From an uncultured Acidobacteriota bacterium (lineage in GTDB: Bacteria; Acidobacteriota; JAQAZP01): a DNA stretch of 64,000 bases. Shown here piece by piece: positions 21,454-32,597 of the stretch. Position numbers and translations under genes: made by a program. Numbering within the stretch: the stretch's first letter is position 1; each line of letters starts with the position of its first letter. The notes under the pieces are model-generated. The model was not told where the DNA came from. It ran no database searches and saw only the letters and a program-made list of their open reading frames with translations. The stretch covers positions 2,176,001-2,240,000 of the forward strand of contig CAWIIB010000009.1 of NCBI GenBank assembly GCA_963836075.1. The letters are read 5' to 3'.

Positions 21454-22878
21454 ATGGCCAGATTCCTCTTTCTGCAGAACTACCTCACCGAGTACCTCGG
21501 CACCCTCGGCGTCTGTTCCTATCTGCAGAGCCGCGGCCACCGGGCGGAAGTGGCGGTCACCGGCAGCCCGAAAGAGGTGCGCAGGGAACTGCAGCGCACC
21601 CGGCCCGACGTGGTGGGCCTCTACTGCTCCATCGGCAACCTGACCTGGGTGCTGGCCACGCTGGAGGACATCCGGAAGGACCGAAACGGTGGCCGGCCGC
21701 TCACCGTGGTGGGCGGGCCCCATCCCACGTTCTTCCCCGAGGTGATCGGTGACTGGCCGGTGGACATCCTCTGCCGCGGTGAAGGGGAGGGCGCGGTGGC
21801 CGACCTGGGGGACCGGCTGGATGCCGGCCACGGCTGGGGCGACGTGGCCAACCTCTGGTTCAGGGGTGACGACGGCAAGGTGGTCTGCAACGATGTCCGC
21901 CCGCTGGTGGAGGACCTGGACGCCCTGCCCGCGCCGGACCGCAGCTTCTACCGCCGCTACCCCTTCCTGGGTAAGGCCTCGACCAAGAAATTCATCACCG
22001 GCCGCGGCTGCCCCTACAACTGCACCTACTGCATGAACCAGCGATTCAACGAGATTTACCGCGGCAAAGGGCGCATTGTCCGCAAGCGCAGCCCGGAGCA
22101 CGTGGTGGAGGAAATCCTGCGCGTGCGGGCCGACTACGGCCTCGACTTCGCCCGCTTTGTCGACGACACCCTGGTGATGTCCAAAAAGTGGCTTTCCGAA
22201 TTTCTCGCCCTTTACCGGGAGAAGGTGGGGTTGCCCTTCTCCTGCACCATGCGCGCCGACACCGCCGACCGGGAGATGATCCGCGAACTGGGGGCCAGCG
22301 GGGCGGACACCTGCTTCTTCGGCCTGGAGACCGGCGTGGAGGGGCTGCGCAACGCCGTGTTGAAGAAGAACATCCGTAACGAGGACATCGAGCGCACCGC
22401 CGGCTGGCTCAGGGAGGAGGGGATCCGGATCCTGACCTTCAACATGCTCGGCCTGCCCGGGGAACGCCTGGAGGATGCTTTCGAGACGGTACACATCAAC
22501 CAGCGGATCGGCACCGACTACCCCTGGTGCTCCATCCTCCAGCCCTACCCGGGCACCGAGCTGGAGTCGATCTGCCGCGAGCAGGGCTGTCTGCCTTCGG
22601 GTGAGGAGACCGGGGGCGCCTTCGACCACTCCTGGTTCCGCCAGAGCGTCATCGATTCAGGGGAGAAGCGCCAGATCGAGAACCTGCACAAGTTCTTCTA
22701 CCTCGCCGTGCGCCTACCCTGGCTGGAGCCGCTGATCCGGCGGCTGATCAAGCTGCCCGGAAACCCGCTCTACCACCTGGTGTTCAAGGTCACCTACGGC
22801 TGGCTGTTCACCCGGGTCCGGCGCATGTCGCTCTTCCGGCTGGTGGGGATGGCGCTGCGTTTGGGACGGCACTACTGA
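21454..22878 (+). CDS. B12-binding radical SAM protein
   Basis: VVGGPHPTFFP, RGEGE, TGRGCPYNCTYC, FVDD, FGLETG, MLGLPGE, QPYPGT. Confidence 0.9.
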   Translation: MARFLFLQNYLTEYLGTLGVCSYLQSRGHRAEVAVTGSPKEVRRELQRTRPDVVGLYCSIGNLTWVLATLEDIRKDRNGGRPLTVVGGPHPTFFPEVIGDWPVDILCRGEGEGAVADLGDRLDAGHGWGDVANLWFRGDDGKVVCNDVRPLVEDLDALPAPDRSFYRRYPFLGKASTKKFITGRGCPYNCTYCMNQRFNEIYRGKGRIVRKRSPEHVVEEILRVRADYGLDFARFVDDTLVMSKKWLSEFLALYREKVGLPFSCTMRADTADREMIRELGASGADTCFFGLETGVEGLRNAVLKKNIRNEDIERTAGWLREEGIRILTFNMLGLPGERLEDAFETVHINQRIGTDYPWCSILQPYPGTELESICREQGCLPSGEETGGAFDHSWFRQSVIDSGEKRQIENLHKFFYLAVRLPWLEPLIRRLIKLPGNPLYHLVFKVTYGWLFTRVRRMSLFRLVGMALRLGRHY

Positions 22879-22893
22879 GCCCGAGCCCTATTC

Positions 22894-22922
22894 TTGACCG
22901 CATCAGGGGCCTGTGATACGTT
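22894..22922 (+). promoter_or_regulatory. sigma70-type promoter for purD-purE-mtaB
   Basis: TTGACC-17 nt-TACGTT with TGn extension. Confidence 0.5.
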
Positions 22923-23007
22923 CGGCAATTGCTGTCAATCCTTGACATTACGCAACATCCGGGGACAAGGGGCCGGCCGTTGTGGCTGGATCGCGGGAGG
23001 CGACAAG

Positions 23008-24297
23008 ATGAGAGTTCTGGTGGTGGGAGGTGGAGGGCGTGAGCACACGCTGGTCTGGAAAATCAGACAGTCGCCCCTGGTCAGTGAAGTCTATTGCGCA
23101 CCGGGCAACGGCGGTATCGCCGGCGCCGCGGACTGTGTCGGCATTGGCGCCTCGGACATCGTGGAACTGGCTGATTTTGCCGAGGGGCTGAAGATCGGCC
23201 TCACCGTTGTCGGTCCCGAGCTGCCGCTGACCCTGGGCATTGTCGACGAGTTCCAGAAGCGCGGACTGCCGATCTTCGGCTCGAACCAGCTGGCCTCGAG
23301 GTTCGAGGGCAGCAAGGTCTTTGCCAAGGAGTTCATGGCCCGGCACTCTATCCCCACCGCTGACTTCCAGGTCTGCTCCAGTGCGGAAGAGGCCACGCGG
23401 GTGGTCGATTCGGAGAGGTTCGGCTTTCCGGTGGTGCTCAAGGCCGATGGCCTGGCCGCCGGCAAAGGTGTGATCATTGCCCGGGACCGGGCCGAGGCGG
23501 TTGACGGCATCCAGCGAATCATGACTGACCGGATCTTTGGCAACGCCGGGGACCGGGTGGTGGTGGAGCAGTGCCTGGTGGGTGAGGAGCTCTCCTTCAT
23601 GGTCATCTCCGACGGCAAGCGGATCCTGCCCCTGGTCACCTCCCAGGACCACAAGGCGGCCCAGGACGGCGACACCGGACCGAACACCGGCGGCATGGGC
23701 GCATACTCACCGGCGGTGATCACCCAGGAAAACCCGGAAGAAGCGATCATGGAGCAGGTGATCCGCCCCGCGTTCCGCGGAATGGAGGAGGACGGCATCG
23801 AGTACCGCGGCGTGCTCTATGCCGGGCTGATGATGACCGCCGACGGGCCCAGCGTGCTGGAGTTCAACTGCCGCTTCGGTGATCCCGAGACCCAGGTGAT
23901 CCTGCCGCGGCTGGACGAGGACCTGGTGCCGCTGCTCCTCGGGTCGGCCAATGGCCGGTTGGAGACCGAACGTGCCCGCTGGCGCGACGAGCCGGCGGTC
24001 TGCGTGGTGCTGGCCTCCGGCGGCTATCCCGGGAACTACGAAAAGGGGATGGCCATCGAAGGGCTGGAAACCGCGTCCACCAGCGAGGACGAGGTCGTCT
24101 TCCACGCCGGGACGAAGCTGGACGGCGAGCAGGTGGTGGTCAACGGCGGACGGGTTCTCGGCGCCACTGCACTGGCCCCCACCCTGAAGGAGGCCATCCA
24201 CCGTTGCTACGGGCTGGCTGACCGGGTCTGCTTTGACGGGCTTCACCGACGGAACGACATAGGCTGGCGGGCACTGAAGCATTTAGAAGAGAAATAG
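23008..24297 (+). CDS. purD: Phosphoribosylamine-glycine ligase
   Basis: GGGGREH, LKADGLAAGKGV, QDHK, GPNTGGMGAY, EFNCRFGDPETQ. Confidence 0.97.
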   Translation: MRVLVVGGGGREHTLVWKIRQSPLVSEVYCAPGNGGIAGAADCVGIGASDIVELADFAEGLKIGLTVVGPELPLTLGIVDEFQKRGLPIFGSNQLASRFEGSKVFAKEFMARHSIPTADFQVCSSAEEATRVVDSERFGFPVVLKADGLAAGKGVIIARDRAEAVDGIQRIMTDRIFGNAGDRVVVEQCLVGEELSFMVISDGKRILPLVTSQDHKAAQDGDTGPNTGGMGAYSPAVITQENPEEAIMEQVIRPAFRGMEEDGIEYRGVLYAGLMMTADGPSVLEFNCRFGDPETQVILPRLDEDLVPLLLGSANGRLETERARWRDEPAVCVVLASGGYPGNYEKGMAIEGLETASTSEDEVVFHAGTKLDGEQVVVNGGRVLGATALAPTLKEAIHRCYGLADRVCFDGLHRRNDIGWRALKHLEEK

Positions 24298-24310
24298 GTG
24301 ACAGTCACCT
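24296..24310. repeat. Short REP-like palindrome aGGTGACAGTCACCt
   Basis: Same 13-mer in the opposite orientation at 28691-28703. Confidence 0.6.
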
Positions 24311-24336
24311 GTTTTCCTGAGGAGGATGGAACAGCA

Positions 24337-24843
24337 ATGGACCCGAAAGTAGCGATCATCATGGGCAGCGACTCGGATTTCGAGGTGATGTCCGAGGCGG
24401 TGAAGGTGCTCAAGGAATACGGCGTGCCCCACGAGGTGAGCGTGCGCAGCGCCCACCGTACGCCCGAGGAAACCGCCACCTACGCCAGGGAAACCGAGTC
24501 CCGGGGGATCAGGGTGCTCATCGCCGGCGCCGGGGCCGCGGCCCACCTGGCCGGGGTGCTGGCCTCCAAAGCCACCATCCCGGTGATCGGCGTCCCGCTC
24601 CACGCCACCCCGCTGGGCGGCCTCGACGCCCTGCTGGCCACGGTGCAGATGCCGGCCGGGATACCGGTGGCCACCATGGCCATCGGCAAGGCCGGCGCCC
24701 GGAACGCCGCCCTCTTCGCCGTGCAGATCCTGGGGCTCTCCGACACCGACCTGGCCGCAAAGCTCAAGGATGCCCGGAGCAGGATGGCCGCTGCGGTGGA
24801 AGCCAAGTCCCTCAAGGTGCAGGAGGCGGCCGCGAAGCTCTGA
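24337..24843 (+). CDS. purE: N5-CAIR mutase
   Basis: [35 protein letters not shown]. Confidence 0.97.
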   Translation: MDPKVAIIMGSDSDFEVMSEAVKVLKEYGVPHEVSVRSAHRTPEETATYARETESRGIRVLIAGAGAAAHLAGVLASKATIPVIGVPLHATPLGGLDALLATVQMPAGIPVATMAIGKAGARNAALFAVQILGLSDTDLAAKLKDARSRMAAAVEAKSLKVQEAAAKL

Positions 24844-24868
24844 CCGGCGGCCCCTTCGGAGAACGGCC

Positions 24869-26194
24869 ATGACCGCTCCGCCCCTCAGTTTTAGCGTCAC
24901 GGGGCTGGGCTGCAAAGTGGCCCAGTATGACGCTGAAGCCATCTCCGCGGAACTGGAAGAACGGGGACTGCTGCGCCGGGAGGGTCCGGAGGGCGCGGAT
25001 ATCCTGCTGGTCAACACCTGTACCGTCACCACCCGTGCCGACTACCAGGTGAGACAGCTGATCCGCAAACTGGCCCGGGAGCATCCCCGGGCCAGGCTGG
25101 TGGTCACCGGGTGCTATGCCGAGCGCGACCAGGCCGCCCTGGAAGCCATCGACGGTGTGGAACTGGTGGTCACCCGCAACCAGCGTGAGCTCCTCGGCTC
25201 CCTGCTGTCTGGTGAAACGCCGGCTGCCGGGGCGGCAGGGGAGCGGCCCACCTTCAACCGCGTCCTGACCCGCTTCGGCAACCGTTCCCGGCCCTTTCTC
25301 AAGATCCAGGACGGCTGCGACGAAAACTGCGCCTACTGCATCGTACCGTCGGTGCGCGGGCCGTCGCAGAGCCAGCCCGGGGACGATGTGGAGGAGCAGG
25401 TGCGCCTGCTCAGCGATGAGGGGTTCGGCGAGGTGGTGCTTTCCGGGGTTCACCTTGGCCGTTGGGGCGAAGACTTTGCTGCTGGCCCGTCCGTGACCCT
25501 GGCCTCGCTTCTGGAACGGCTCCGGGAACTGGAGCTCCCCCTGCGCTACCGGCTCAGTTCCATCGAGCCGCTGGAGTTCACCGACGGTCTGATCGAGATC
25601 CTGGCCGGCTTCGGTTCGGTGGCCCGCCACTTCCACCTGCCGCTGCAGAGCGGTTCGGACACCCTGCTGGCGGCGATGAAACGGCCCTACACCGCGGAAC
25701 AATACGGTGAGCGGGTGGCGGCGGTCCTCTCCGCCCTGCCCGATGCCTGCATCGGCGCCGACGTGATTGTGGGTTTCCCCGGCGAGCAGGAGGATGACTT
25801 CGAGGCCACCTGCCGGCTGGTTGAAGGGCTGGGGCTGGCCTACCTCCACGTTTTTCCCTTCTCCCCCCGGCCGGGCACGGCAGCGGCGGCCATGAGCGGC
25901 CGGCCCCATGGTGGTCTGGTCAAGCAGCGCAGCCGCCGCCTGCGCGACCTGTCCGGCCGCCTGCGCAGCCAGTTCGCTCAGCGTTTTGTCGGCACGGAGC
26001 AGCAACTGGTGGTGCTATCGGTGGACGATGAACGGGAAGAGGCGCTGGGATTGAGCGGCAATTACCTCCAGGTGGCCTTTCCGGCCGAGGGGGCACAACG
26101 CCGCCAACTGGTCCGCGTCCGTCTTGTTTCCGCCGAGGGAGAAAGGCTGATTGGACGGCGTCACAATGCTGACATTTCCCTGCCAGAATCGTAA
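24869..26194 (+). CDS. mtaB: tRNA t6A37 methylthiotransferase MtaB
   Basis: [57 protein letters not shown]. Confidence 0.9.
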   Translation: MTAPPLSFSVTGLGCKVAQYDAEAISAELEERGLLRREGPEGADILLVNTCTVTTRADYQVRQLIRKLAREHPRARLVVTGCYAERDQAALEAIDGVELVVTRNQRELLGSLLSGETPAAGAAGERPTFNRVLTRFGNRSRPFLKIQDGCDENCAYCIVPSVRGPSQSQPGDDVEEQVRLLSDEGFGEVVLSGVHLGRWGEDFAAGPSVTLASLLERLRELELPLRYRLSSIEPLEFTDGLIEILAGFGSVARHFHLPLQSGSDTLLAAMKRPYTAEQYGERVAAVLSALPDACIGADVIVGFPGEQEDDFEATCRLVEGLGLAYLHVFPFSPRPGTAAAAMSGRPHGGLVKQRSRRLRDLSGRLRSQFAQRFVGTEQQLVVLSVDDEREEALGLSGNYLQVAFPAEGAQRRQLVRVRLVSAEGERLIGRRHNADISLPES

Positions 26195-26397
26195 GCCCAT
26201 TACCCCTTCATTTACAGTACCTTCACTCCCTTCCGGCCTGCCGGTTTCAAGACTGTAATCCGAGTCAACCACTTGTCTGATCCGGCCACAAAATTTCGAT
26301 ATTTCCCGGCCCATCCCTTTCGGAGTTTGGCTGTTAAGTTATTGTATTTAAGTGCCTTGTAGTAAAACTATTCTCACCGCTGCTTCTCACCGCTTTC

Positions 26398-26413
26398 TGG
26401 TACGGCCGTTGCT
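26398..26413 (+). promoter_or_regulatory. sigma54 (-24/-12) promoter
   Basis: TGGTACGGCCGTTGCT fits TGGCACG-N4-TTGCW with exact GG-N10-GC spacing, 76 nt before the ATG at 26490. Confidence 0.65.
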
Positions 26414-26489
26414 CTGCAAGGGGGGTGGATAAAAAAGGCGGCGCCCCCGGTGGCGCCAGAACGACATCTGAACGAAAGGCGGTGCGAAG

Positions 26490-28611
26490 ATGTCCACAAC
26501 CAGTATTAATCGTCATCTTCTCGTGTTCATGTCCGCGGCCCTGACCGTGGTTTTCCTGCTTGCCCCCCTGTCCCAGGCCCGGGCCGGCACCCTGCAGGTG
26601 CAGTGGGATACGGTCCTGGCCGACGATCTGGCCGGCTACCGGGTGAAGTACGGCACCAACGGGGTCACTTTCCCCGACCGGGTCGACGTGCCCGATCCCG
26701 AAGCGGTTCTCCAGGATGTCACCGGCCTGGCCGTGGGCACCACCTACTACTTCGTGGTGATGGCCTACGACACCAGCTACAACTACAGCGTGCACTCCAA
26801 CGTCGCCTCGGCCACCGTGGTCCCCTGGGACGGCGAGGCCGACATGCCGCTGCTCAACCCGGACCTGGTCTCCCTCTCCAGCCCGCTCTTCGAGCTCTCC
26901 TGGGACGTCTCTGATTTCGAGGGCGCTGCCTCGGCCGGCCTGGAGGTGAGCAAGGTCGGCGGCTCCTTCTCCAACCCCAACGGCGCCGAGTGGGATCCGG
27001 ACAACTGCTGCTACTCCAGTTCAACCCTGCTGGACAGCCCCGCGGGCACCAGGGTGGTGAATGCCGGCCAACTCGAAGGCCCCGGCATCTACCAGATCCG
27101 GGTGGTGGCCCTCGACGACAACGGCACCATCGCCTGCCACTTCAGTGACAGCGCACTCCTGGAAGTGCTGGCCGGCGCGCCGCCGGTGGATCCGGACAGC
27201 ACCACCGTGACGGCGAACCCGGAGGAGATCCCGGCGGACGGCGCCAGCGTATCGCTGATCACCGTCACTCCGCTCGACTCATCCCTGGAGCTGGTGGGGC
27301 CGGGCCTCGTGGTGACTCTGGAAACCACGGCCGGCTCGCTGCTGGGCTCCGTGGTGGACCACGGCGACGGGACCTACAGCCAGCAGCTGCAGTCGTCCAC
27401 CGACGTGACCGAGGCCCAGGTCAGCGCCGTGGCCGGCGGGGTGGCCATCACTCAGCAGGCCACCGTGGCCTTTGGCCCGATCCCGGCGATGATCATCACC
27501 GGCCCGGGCCCCGGCCCGGCCAACGCGCCGAAGGTCCGTGTCTTCGATCCGGCCACCGGCGAAATGGTCCACGGCCTCGAATTCATGGCCTACGGGGTCA
27601 ACAAGTGGGGCGTCAACGTCAGCGCCGGCGACGTCACCGGCGACGGGCGGATCGAGATCCTCACCGGACCGGGTCCGGGCGAGGTGTTCGGCCCGCAGAT
27701 CCGGGTCTTTGACGACCAGGGCCAGGCGATCCACAACAGCTTCTTTGCCTACGGCACGCTGAAGTTCGGCGCCAAGTGCGCCGCCGGCGACATCGACGGC
27801 GACAACGTGGACGAGATCCTCACCTCGCCGGGCCCCGGCGCGGTGTTCGGCCCGCACATCCGGGCCTGGGACTTTGACGGGTCCACCCTCTTCGAACCGA
27901 ACCCGGCGATCAACTTCTTCGCCTACGGCACCCTGAAGTACGGGGCCAACGTGGCCTGCGGCGACATCGACGGCGACGGCATCGACGAGATCATCACCGG
28001 GGCGGGCCCGGGCGACGTGTTCGGTCCCCACGTCCGCGCCTTCAACTACGACGGTTCGCAACTGGAGTCGATCCCCGGAGTCAGCTTCATGGCCTACAAC
28101 ACCATGAAGTTCGGGGTCAACGTGGCCTGCGGCGACATCGACGGCGACGGCATCGACGAGATCATCACCGGGCCGGGACCGGGCGAACTGTTCGGCTCCC
28201 ACGTCCGCGCCTTCAACTACGACGGCGACGTGCTGACCCCGATCAGCGGCGTGAACTTCAACGCCTACGAGACGAGTGAGGAGTACCGCTTCGGGGTCGT
28301 CGTGGCCTGCGGTGACGTCGACGGTGACGGCATCGACGAGATCGTCACCGGGCCGGGGCCGGACGATGGACTTCACGGCACGGGTGCTGGGCTGGAATTA
28401 CGACGGCGAGGTCCTGGAGCCCATCGCCGGCCTGGACATCCTGGCCTACGGCGAGAACAACCGCTACGGCGCCCGCGTGGCCCTGGGGCCCATCGCCGTG
28501 GAGAGCAGTGACGGTCCGCCGCCCCTGGACGGGCCGGCGATGATGATAACCGAGGAGCAGAAGGGCGGCGCCGCGGAGAAAACCACCGTGGCCCGCCTCG
28601 GTCTGGACTAA
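26490..28611 (+). CDS. Secreted FN3 + invasin-type Ig protein with C-terminal FG-GAP-like propeller module; +1 frameshift near 28365
   Basis: Signal peptide (AxA), DLAGYRVKYG..TGLAVGTTYYFVVMAYD (FN3), IPADG.S.SLITV..DHGDGTYS (invasin Ig), DxDGDG blades. Confidence 0.8.
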
Positions 28612-28643
28612 CCAGGCGATATCGAGCACCGCCTGCTCGAGGA

Positions 28644-28690
28644 GCCCCTTCCGGTGGCGTTACCGCGTCATCGGGAGGGGCATTTTTTAT
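28644..28690 (+). terminator. Rho-independent terminator
   Basis: gccccttccggtggcg / cgtcatcgggaggggc stem (with G-U pairs) followed by attttttat. Confidence 0.7.
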
Positions 28691-28749
28691 GGTGACTGTC
28701 ACCTCCTGGCGTCGCCCTCCTGGCGTCGCCTCCTGGCACACCTCCTGGC
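28691..28749. repeat. GGTGACTGTCACC palindrome followed by four CCTCCTGGC direct repeats
   Basis: Copies at 28702, 28716, 28729 and 28741. Confidence 0.8.
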
Positions 28750-28757
28750 AACGGTCC

Positions 28758-29829
28758 CTACTTTCGCTCTCCGGAGAGCTGGCCGCAGGCGGCGCCGATG
28801 CCCGAGCCGCGGCTGCGGCGGATGGTGGAACTGACCTGGGCGTCGTGCAGGATCTGCTGGAAGCGCTCCACCGTCTCCTCGTCGGGTGCGGCGTAGGCAC
28901 TCACCCTCGTAGGGGTTGAAGGGGATCAGGTTCACCTTGCAGGGAATGCCGGCCAGCAGCCGCGGCAGGCGGCGGGCGTCCTCGTCGCTGTCGTTCACCC
29001 CGGCCAGCATGACGTATTCAAAAGTGATCCGGTTGCCGCCCCGGAGGGGGATCGAACGGCAGGCCCGCAGCAGGGCCTTCAGCGGGTAGCGCCGATTCAC
29101 CGGCATCAGCCGGCTGCGGACCTCATCGGTGGTGGCGTTGAGCGAGACGGCGATCTTCGGCATCACCGGCATCTGCCCCAGGCGCTCCAGTTCGGGCACC
29201 ACACCAACGGTGGAGAGGGTGATCCGGTTCCGGGAGACGGCCAGCCCGTCCGGGTCGGCCAGCAGGGTCACCGCCTTCCAGGTTTCCTCGGCATTGTCCA
29301 GCGGTTCCCCCATTCCCATCAGCACCACGTTCCAGCCTTTCAACTTCCCCAGGTCGCGGCGCAGGTTCATGAACTGGCCCACGATCTCGCCGGCGTCCAG
29401 CGACCGGCGGAAACCCACCGCGGCGGTGCGGCAGAATCGGCACCCCCGCTGGCAGCCCACCTGGGTGGAGAGGCAGACGGTCCGTCTCTTGCCGTCGGGG
29501 ATGTAGACCGACTCCACTGCCAGCCCGTCGCGTGACAGTTCCATCAGGTAGCGGCGGGTGCCATCGGGGGAATCGATACGGCGGCTGACGGTGAGCGGGA
29601 TGCGGCTGTGATAGCCGGCCTCCATCCGGTTCTGGAGCTCACCGGAGAAGACGGTCATCTCGGCGAAGCGGTCTTCATTCCTGGCGTAGATCCAGCGGTA
29701 GAGCTGGTTGCCGCGGTAGGCCTTCTCGCCCAGCTGCTCCATCACGCTGCGCAGGGACGGTTTGTCCTGGCCCACCAGCCACAACTTGTCCGGGGTGTGG
29801 TCGGGTGATTTCGGTGGACGGGCGCTCAC
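28758..29829 (-). CDS. rlmN: 23S rRNA/tRNA C2 methyltransferase RlmN; +1 frameshift near 28902
   Basis: STQVGCQRGCRFC, MGMGEP, SLNA, TFEYV, VNLIPFNP; the shifted frame restores RRSRG..IGAACGQL and a stop at 28758-60. Confidence 0.92.
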
Positions 29830-30260
29830 TTCTTTTCGCCGCCCTGGTCTTCCGCATCAGGCGTGTGGGAGGTGTTGTCGGCTGACCCGGTGCTGTTCTT
29901 CCCCCCGGCCCCGGAATCTTCCACGCTGATGCGCAGGGAACGCAGGAACTGTTCGTCATCCGGGCTGACCTGAAAGACCACCCTGGTCTCTTCATTGTCT
30001 CCGGGGATTGCGGAGGCCTTGCCGGTTGTGCCCTCGGTGAGTTCGATCCTGGCCGCCGGAAGGGTGCGGGACGCCTCTCCGCCATCTTCGACGGACTTCG
30101 GGTTGAGGCCGATGGTGGCCTCGAGGATCAGGAAGATGTCGTATCCCTCCTCGCGAATCCGCTCAATGGTTCCGGACAGGTCAGCGGAGGTGGAGAGACA
30201 GTCGTTGATCGCCTCGCCCATCTCCCGCAACAGGCGTTTCATCTTGTTGTCCAGTTTCAC
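29826..30260 (-). CDS. Conserved hypothetical protein
   Basis: GTG start after GAGAG; ..LGEAIN.......GYDIFLILEATIG..D..FLRSLRI pattern; overlaps the rlmN start. Confidence 0.75.
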   Translation of the reverse strand: MKLDNKMKRLLREMGEAINDCLSTSADLSGTIERIREEGYDIFLILEATIGLNPKSVEDGGEASRTLPAARIELTEGTTGKASAIPGDNEETRVVFQVSPDDEQFLRSLRISVEDSGAGGKNSTGSADNTSHTPDAEDQGGEKK

Positions 30261-30320
30261 GATACCACTCTCTTTTCTAACGTCGGTTCGCCACAGCGGA
30301 CGAAGTGAAAGTTCAATGAA

Positions 30321-30350
30321 ATTATAGTGTTCACGCCGGTTGGGTGTCAA
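30321..30350 (-). promoter_or_regulatory. sigma70-type promoter for hypothetical-rlmN
   Basis: TTGACA-18 nt-TATAAT on the minus strand. Confidence 0.7.
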
Positions 30351-30466
30351 CGAAGCCGCTCTGCGGGGGGGCCGTTCCCCGCCCCGGACCCCTGCTGGAC
30401 GCTCTGTTCCGGCCGGTGGTATAGTGACGGGAACCGAGGCACATGGGGCTCGAGGCAAAACTCCCG

Positions 30467-31456
30467 ATGACATCGCTACTGAAGATCGAGAACCTGAGGA
30501 CGCACTTCCAGACTGCTGGAGGAGTGGCCCGGGCGGTTGACGGTCTGGACCTGGAGATCGCCGCCGGTGAGACCGTGGCCCTGGTGGGCGAGTCGGGCTG
30601 CGGGAAATCGGTGGCCGCGTTCTCGATCCTCGGACTGGTGCCGCCCCCGGGCCGCATCGTCGACGGACGAATTCTCTGGGACGGTGAGGACCTGCGCTCT
30701 CTGCCTCCGGGCGGCTACCGCCGGATCAGGGGCAATGAGATATCGATGATCTTCCAGGAGCCGATGACCTCGCTCAACCCGGTTTTCACCGTGGGTGAGC
30801 AGATCGCCGAGGTGCTCCGGCTGCACCGGGGACTGGGCCGCACGGAGGCCGCCCGTGGCGCGGTGGAGGCCCTGGAGAGCGTGAGCATCGCCGATCCCGG
30901 GCGGCGCGCTGCGGAATATCCGCACCAGCTCAGCGGCGGTATGCGCCAGCGGGTGATGATCGCCATGGCCCTCTGCTGCGGGCCCCGGCTGGTCATCGCC
31001 GACGAGCCCACCACCGCCCTCGATGTCACCATCCAGGCCCAGATCCTGCACCTGATCCGCGGGGTCCAGCAACGCCGCGGGCTGGCCATGCTGCTGATCA
31101 CCCACGACATGGGGATCGTGGCCCAGATGGCCGACCGGGTGGCGGTGATGTATGCCGGCCGGGTGGTGGAGGAGGGGCCGGTGGCCCGGATCTTCGACGA
31201 CCCGCTCCACCCGTATACCCGTGGCCTGCTGGCTTCCCTCCCCGGGGAATCGGATTCCGGCCACAGGCTCCGGGCCATCGAGGGTACGGTTCCCGACCTG
31301 CTGAACCTGCCCCCGGGCTGTTCCTTCGAACCCCGGTGCCCCGTCCGGCTGCCCCGCTGCCGCACCACCCAGCCGGAGGCCTCGGTGCCCGCCGCGGACC
31401 GCCGGGTGCGCTGTTTCCTCCACCAGGAGGTGCCGGCGGGAAAGGAGACGCCATGA
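30467..31456 (+). CDS. Oligopeptide/dipeptide ABC ATPase (OppD/DppD-like)
   Basis: [44 protein letters not shown]-terminal Cys cluster. Confidence 0.92.
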   Translation: MTSLLKIENLRTHFQTAGGVARAVDGLDLEIAAGETVALVGESGCGKSVAAFSILGLVPPPGRIVDGRILWDGEDLRSLPPGGYRRIRGNEISMIFQEPMTSLNPVFTVGEQIAEVLRLHRGLGRTEAARGAVEALESVSIADPGRRAAEYPHQLSGGMRQRVMIAMALCCGPRLVIADEPTTALDVTIQAQILHLIRGVQQRRGLAMLLITHDMGIVAQMADRVAVMYAGRVVEEGPVARIFDDPLHPYTRGLLASLPGESDSGHRLRAIEGTVPDLLNLPPGCSFEPRCPVRLPRCRTTQPEASVPAADRRVRCFLHQEVPAGKETP

Positions 31457-32421
31457 ACCGGGCCCCTGCCGCTGCCCCCGCTCTACTCCGCGTCCGGGGC
31501 CTGGTCAAACACTTTCCGCTGCGCGGCCGGCTGAAGGTGCGTGCCGTTGACGGGGTGGACTTCGATCTGCATGCCGGGGAAACTCTTGGCCTGGTGGGGG
31601 AGTCGGGCAGTGGCAAGACCACGGTGGGGCGCTGCGTGCTGCGTCTGGTGGAACCCACCGCCGGCACGGTCCATCTGGACGGGGAGGACCTGCTGGCCTG
31701 CCCGGCCCGACGGCTGCGCGCGTTGCGGCGCCGGATGCAGATCATCTTCCAGGACCCGGCGGCTTCTCTCGATCCCCGGATGACCGTGGGCGCCACCGTC
31801 GGTGAGCCGCTGGCCATTCACCGCATCGTCCCCCGACCGGAGCGCCGCCGCCGGGTGGTTGCCCTGCTGGAACGGGTGGGCCTGGACCAGGGCTGCCTGC
31901 GCCGTTACCCTCACGAGTTCAGCGGCGGTCAACGCCAGCGCATCGGTATCGCCCGGGCCCTGGCCCTCGACCCTGCGCTCATCGTGGCCGACGAGGCGGT
32001 CTCGGCCCTCGACGTGTCGGTGCGGGCCCAGGTGATCAACCTGCTCAGCGACCTGCAGGAGGAGCGGGGGCTCTCCTACCTCTTCATCGCCCACGACCTG
32101 CGGGTGGTGGAGCACATCTCCCAGCGCATCGCCGTGATGTATCTGGGGCGTATCGTGGAGATCGCTCCGGCCTCGCAGCTGATCAACGATCCGCGGCACC
32201 CGTACACCGTGGCGCTCAAGGCGTCGGTGCCCGTGGCCGACCCGCAGCGTGCCGTGCCCCCCCGGCCGCTGGAGGGGGAAATGCCGTCACCGGTGCAGCC
32301 GCCTCCCGGTTGCCACTTTCACCTGCGCTGCCCGCTGGCCGAGGAGATCTGCCGGCGAACGGCTCCCGAACTGCGTGAGATCGCCGAAGGACACCGGGTC
32401 TCCTGCCACCTTGCGCGGTGA
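31453..32421 (+). CDS. Oligopeptide/dipeptide ABC ATPase (OppF/DppF-like)
   Basis: [46 protein letters not shown]. Confidence 0.92.
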   Translation: MNRAPAAAPALLRVRGLVKHFPLRGRLKVRAVDGVDFDLHAGETLGLVGESGSGKTTVGRCVLRLVEPTAGTVHLDGEDLLACPARRLRALRRRMQIIFQDPAASLDPRMTVGATVGEPLAIHRIVPRPERRRRVVALLERVGLDQGCLRRYPHEFSGGQRQRIGIARALALDPALIVADEAVSALDVSVRAQVINLLSDLQEERGLSYLFIAHDLRVVEHISQRIAVMYLGRIVEIAPASQLINDPRHPYTVALKASVPVADPQRAVPPRPLEGEMPSPVQPPPGCHFHLRCPLAEEICRRTAPELREIAEGHRVSCHLAR

Positions 32422-32597
32422 GCCCTGACACTTCTTCAGCTTTCTTAATGAAACAAAACGGACTTGGACTGCGTATTCCCTTTGACTTCGAAGGCATGAT
32501 ACTTTGGTGCTCGAGACATGGGCGGCAGGGGGTTGCCGCAACCCGTCGCCTGCAACCGGCGGCGCGGAATACATCCGGAATACACGGTGAGGTGAGG

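Noticed and set aside
28702-28749. Possible mini-CRISPR
   Set aside because: 9-nt repeats with 3-5 nt spacers and no cas genes.
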